A stretch of DNA of 39,210 nucleotides from the NCBI GenBank assembly GCA_020629435.1, contig JAHDDI010000001.1:1-39210 (forward strand), given 5' to 3'. The DNA comes from Minisyncoccota bacterium (GTDB lineage Bacteria; Patescibacteriota; Minisyncoccia; Phycocordibacterales; GCA-2747955). This document shows positions 38,520 through 39,210 of this stretch, piece after piece; position 1 is the stretch's first letter, and every line of letters begins with the position of its first letter. Below the pieces are notes generated by a model. That model worked only from the letters and a program-made list of their open reading frames with translations, did no database searches and had not been told where the DNA came from. The position numbers and the translations under genes are program-made.

Positions 38520-38995
38520 TATACATTGTCATAAAAATAACTTTTATTCAAACAGGAGGGACAATTGACAAGGACTACCCCCAATATCTATCAGATCACG
38601 GTTACGCATTTAAAATACAAGAGCCCGCAGTATTAGACACACTCGAGAGAATCAAACCTATGTTTGAGATTGAGATGGTTCGCCATATGCAAAAAGATAG
38701 TCTGGATATTACTGAAGAAGACAAACAGGGTATTTTACAGGTTGTAGAAGAAAACAAGAATAACAAAATTATCATCACCCATGGAACAGACACAATTGGG
38801 CTGACAGCAGAAGTATTATCTGTGGTAAAAAATAAAACAATTGTGCTAACAGGAGCAATGATGCCAGAAAAATTCCGAGAGTACGACGCAGATTTTAATG
38901 TGGGTATGGCTGTTGGTGCGGTACAAAAATTACCCGCAGGTGTGTACGTGGCGCTGCATGGTGAATTAAAAACCGGGCAAGAATTTTTAGGTTAA
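38516..38995 (+). CDS. Asparaginase N-terminal-domain protein (short form)
   Basis: TGGTIDK, ITHGTDT, IVLTGAM, DADFNVGMA; TTGA overlap with the rnpA stop. Confidence 0.85.
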   Translation: MIYIVIKITFIQTGGTIDKDYPQYLSDHGYAFKIQEPAVLDTLERIKPMFEIEMVRHMQKDSLDITEEDKQGILQVVEENKNNKIIITHGTDTIGLTAEVLSVVKNKTIVLTGAMMPEKFREYDADFNVGMAVGAVQKLPAGVYVALHGELKTGQEFLG

Positions 38996-39133
38996 TTGGA
39001 CCACACGCAGATGTTTTAGTTTCACCGTAAATGTGATATTATTCCGGCATCACATTAATAACGGATGTGGTGTAAGGGCACTACACATGGACAAATAAAA
39101 TTCTGTGTAACCTTGCAACGTATCTGTATTTAT

Positions 39134-39206
39134 CGGGATGTGGTGTAACGGCTAACATGCTCGCTTTGGGAGCGAGAGACTCCGAGTTCGAATCTCGGCA
39201 TCCCGA
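39134..39206 (+). tRNA. tRNA-Pro (UGG)
   Basis: Acceptor CGGGATG/CATCCCG, anticodon arm CTCGC-TTTGGGA-GCGAG, T arm CCGAG-TTCGAAT-CTCGG. Confidence 0.95.
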
Positions 39207-39210
39207 CAAA

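Overview
AT-rich bacterial chromosome segment using the standard genetic code. Gene content points to Patescibacteria/CPR (Parcubacteria-like; inference): trigger factor without the FKBP domain, alpha2-type GlyRS, short PolA, PilB, and DUF5667-like and peptidoglycan-binding surface proteins. The right end holds the replication origin region (dnaN-oriC-dnaA / rpmH-rnpA), and most genes left of it point away from it on the minus strand. Housekeeping genes include ndh, tig, glyS, mutM, a TrmH-family methylase, a class A PBP, ruvC, murB, yebC, ruvB, pilB, tsaE, polA, holA, tRNA-Lys and tRNA-Pro. Main unannotated signals: (1) a self-contained ECF sigma/anti-sigma module with four copies of a promoter-like motif TGTAAGAW-N14-CGTCWTGRA, two built on upstream stop codons and one apparently driving only an ~80-nt RNA; (2) two tandem paralogous HNH-like genes with identical AGAAAGGTAGG leaders, one lacking a canonical start codon; (3) widespread leaderless gene architecture (-10 box exactly 6 nt before ATG); (4) a perfect 59-bp palindrome in the oriC region; (5) a tRNA-like hairpin directly before tRNA-Pro; (6) a squalene/phytoene-synthase-like gene coupled to DUF2585 next to tRNA-Lys. 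All calls come from reading the sequence; no database searches were run.
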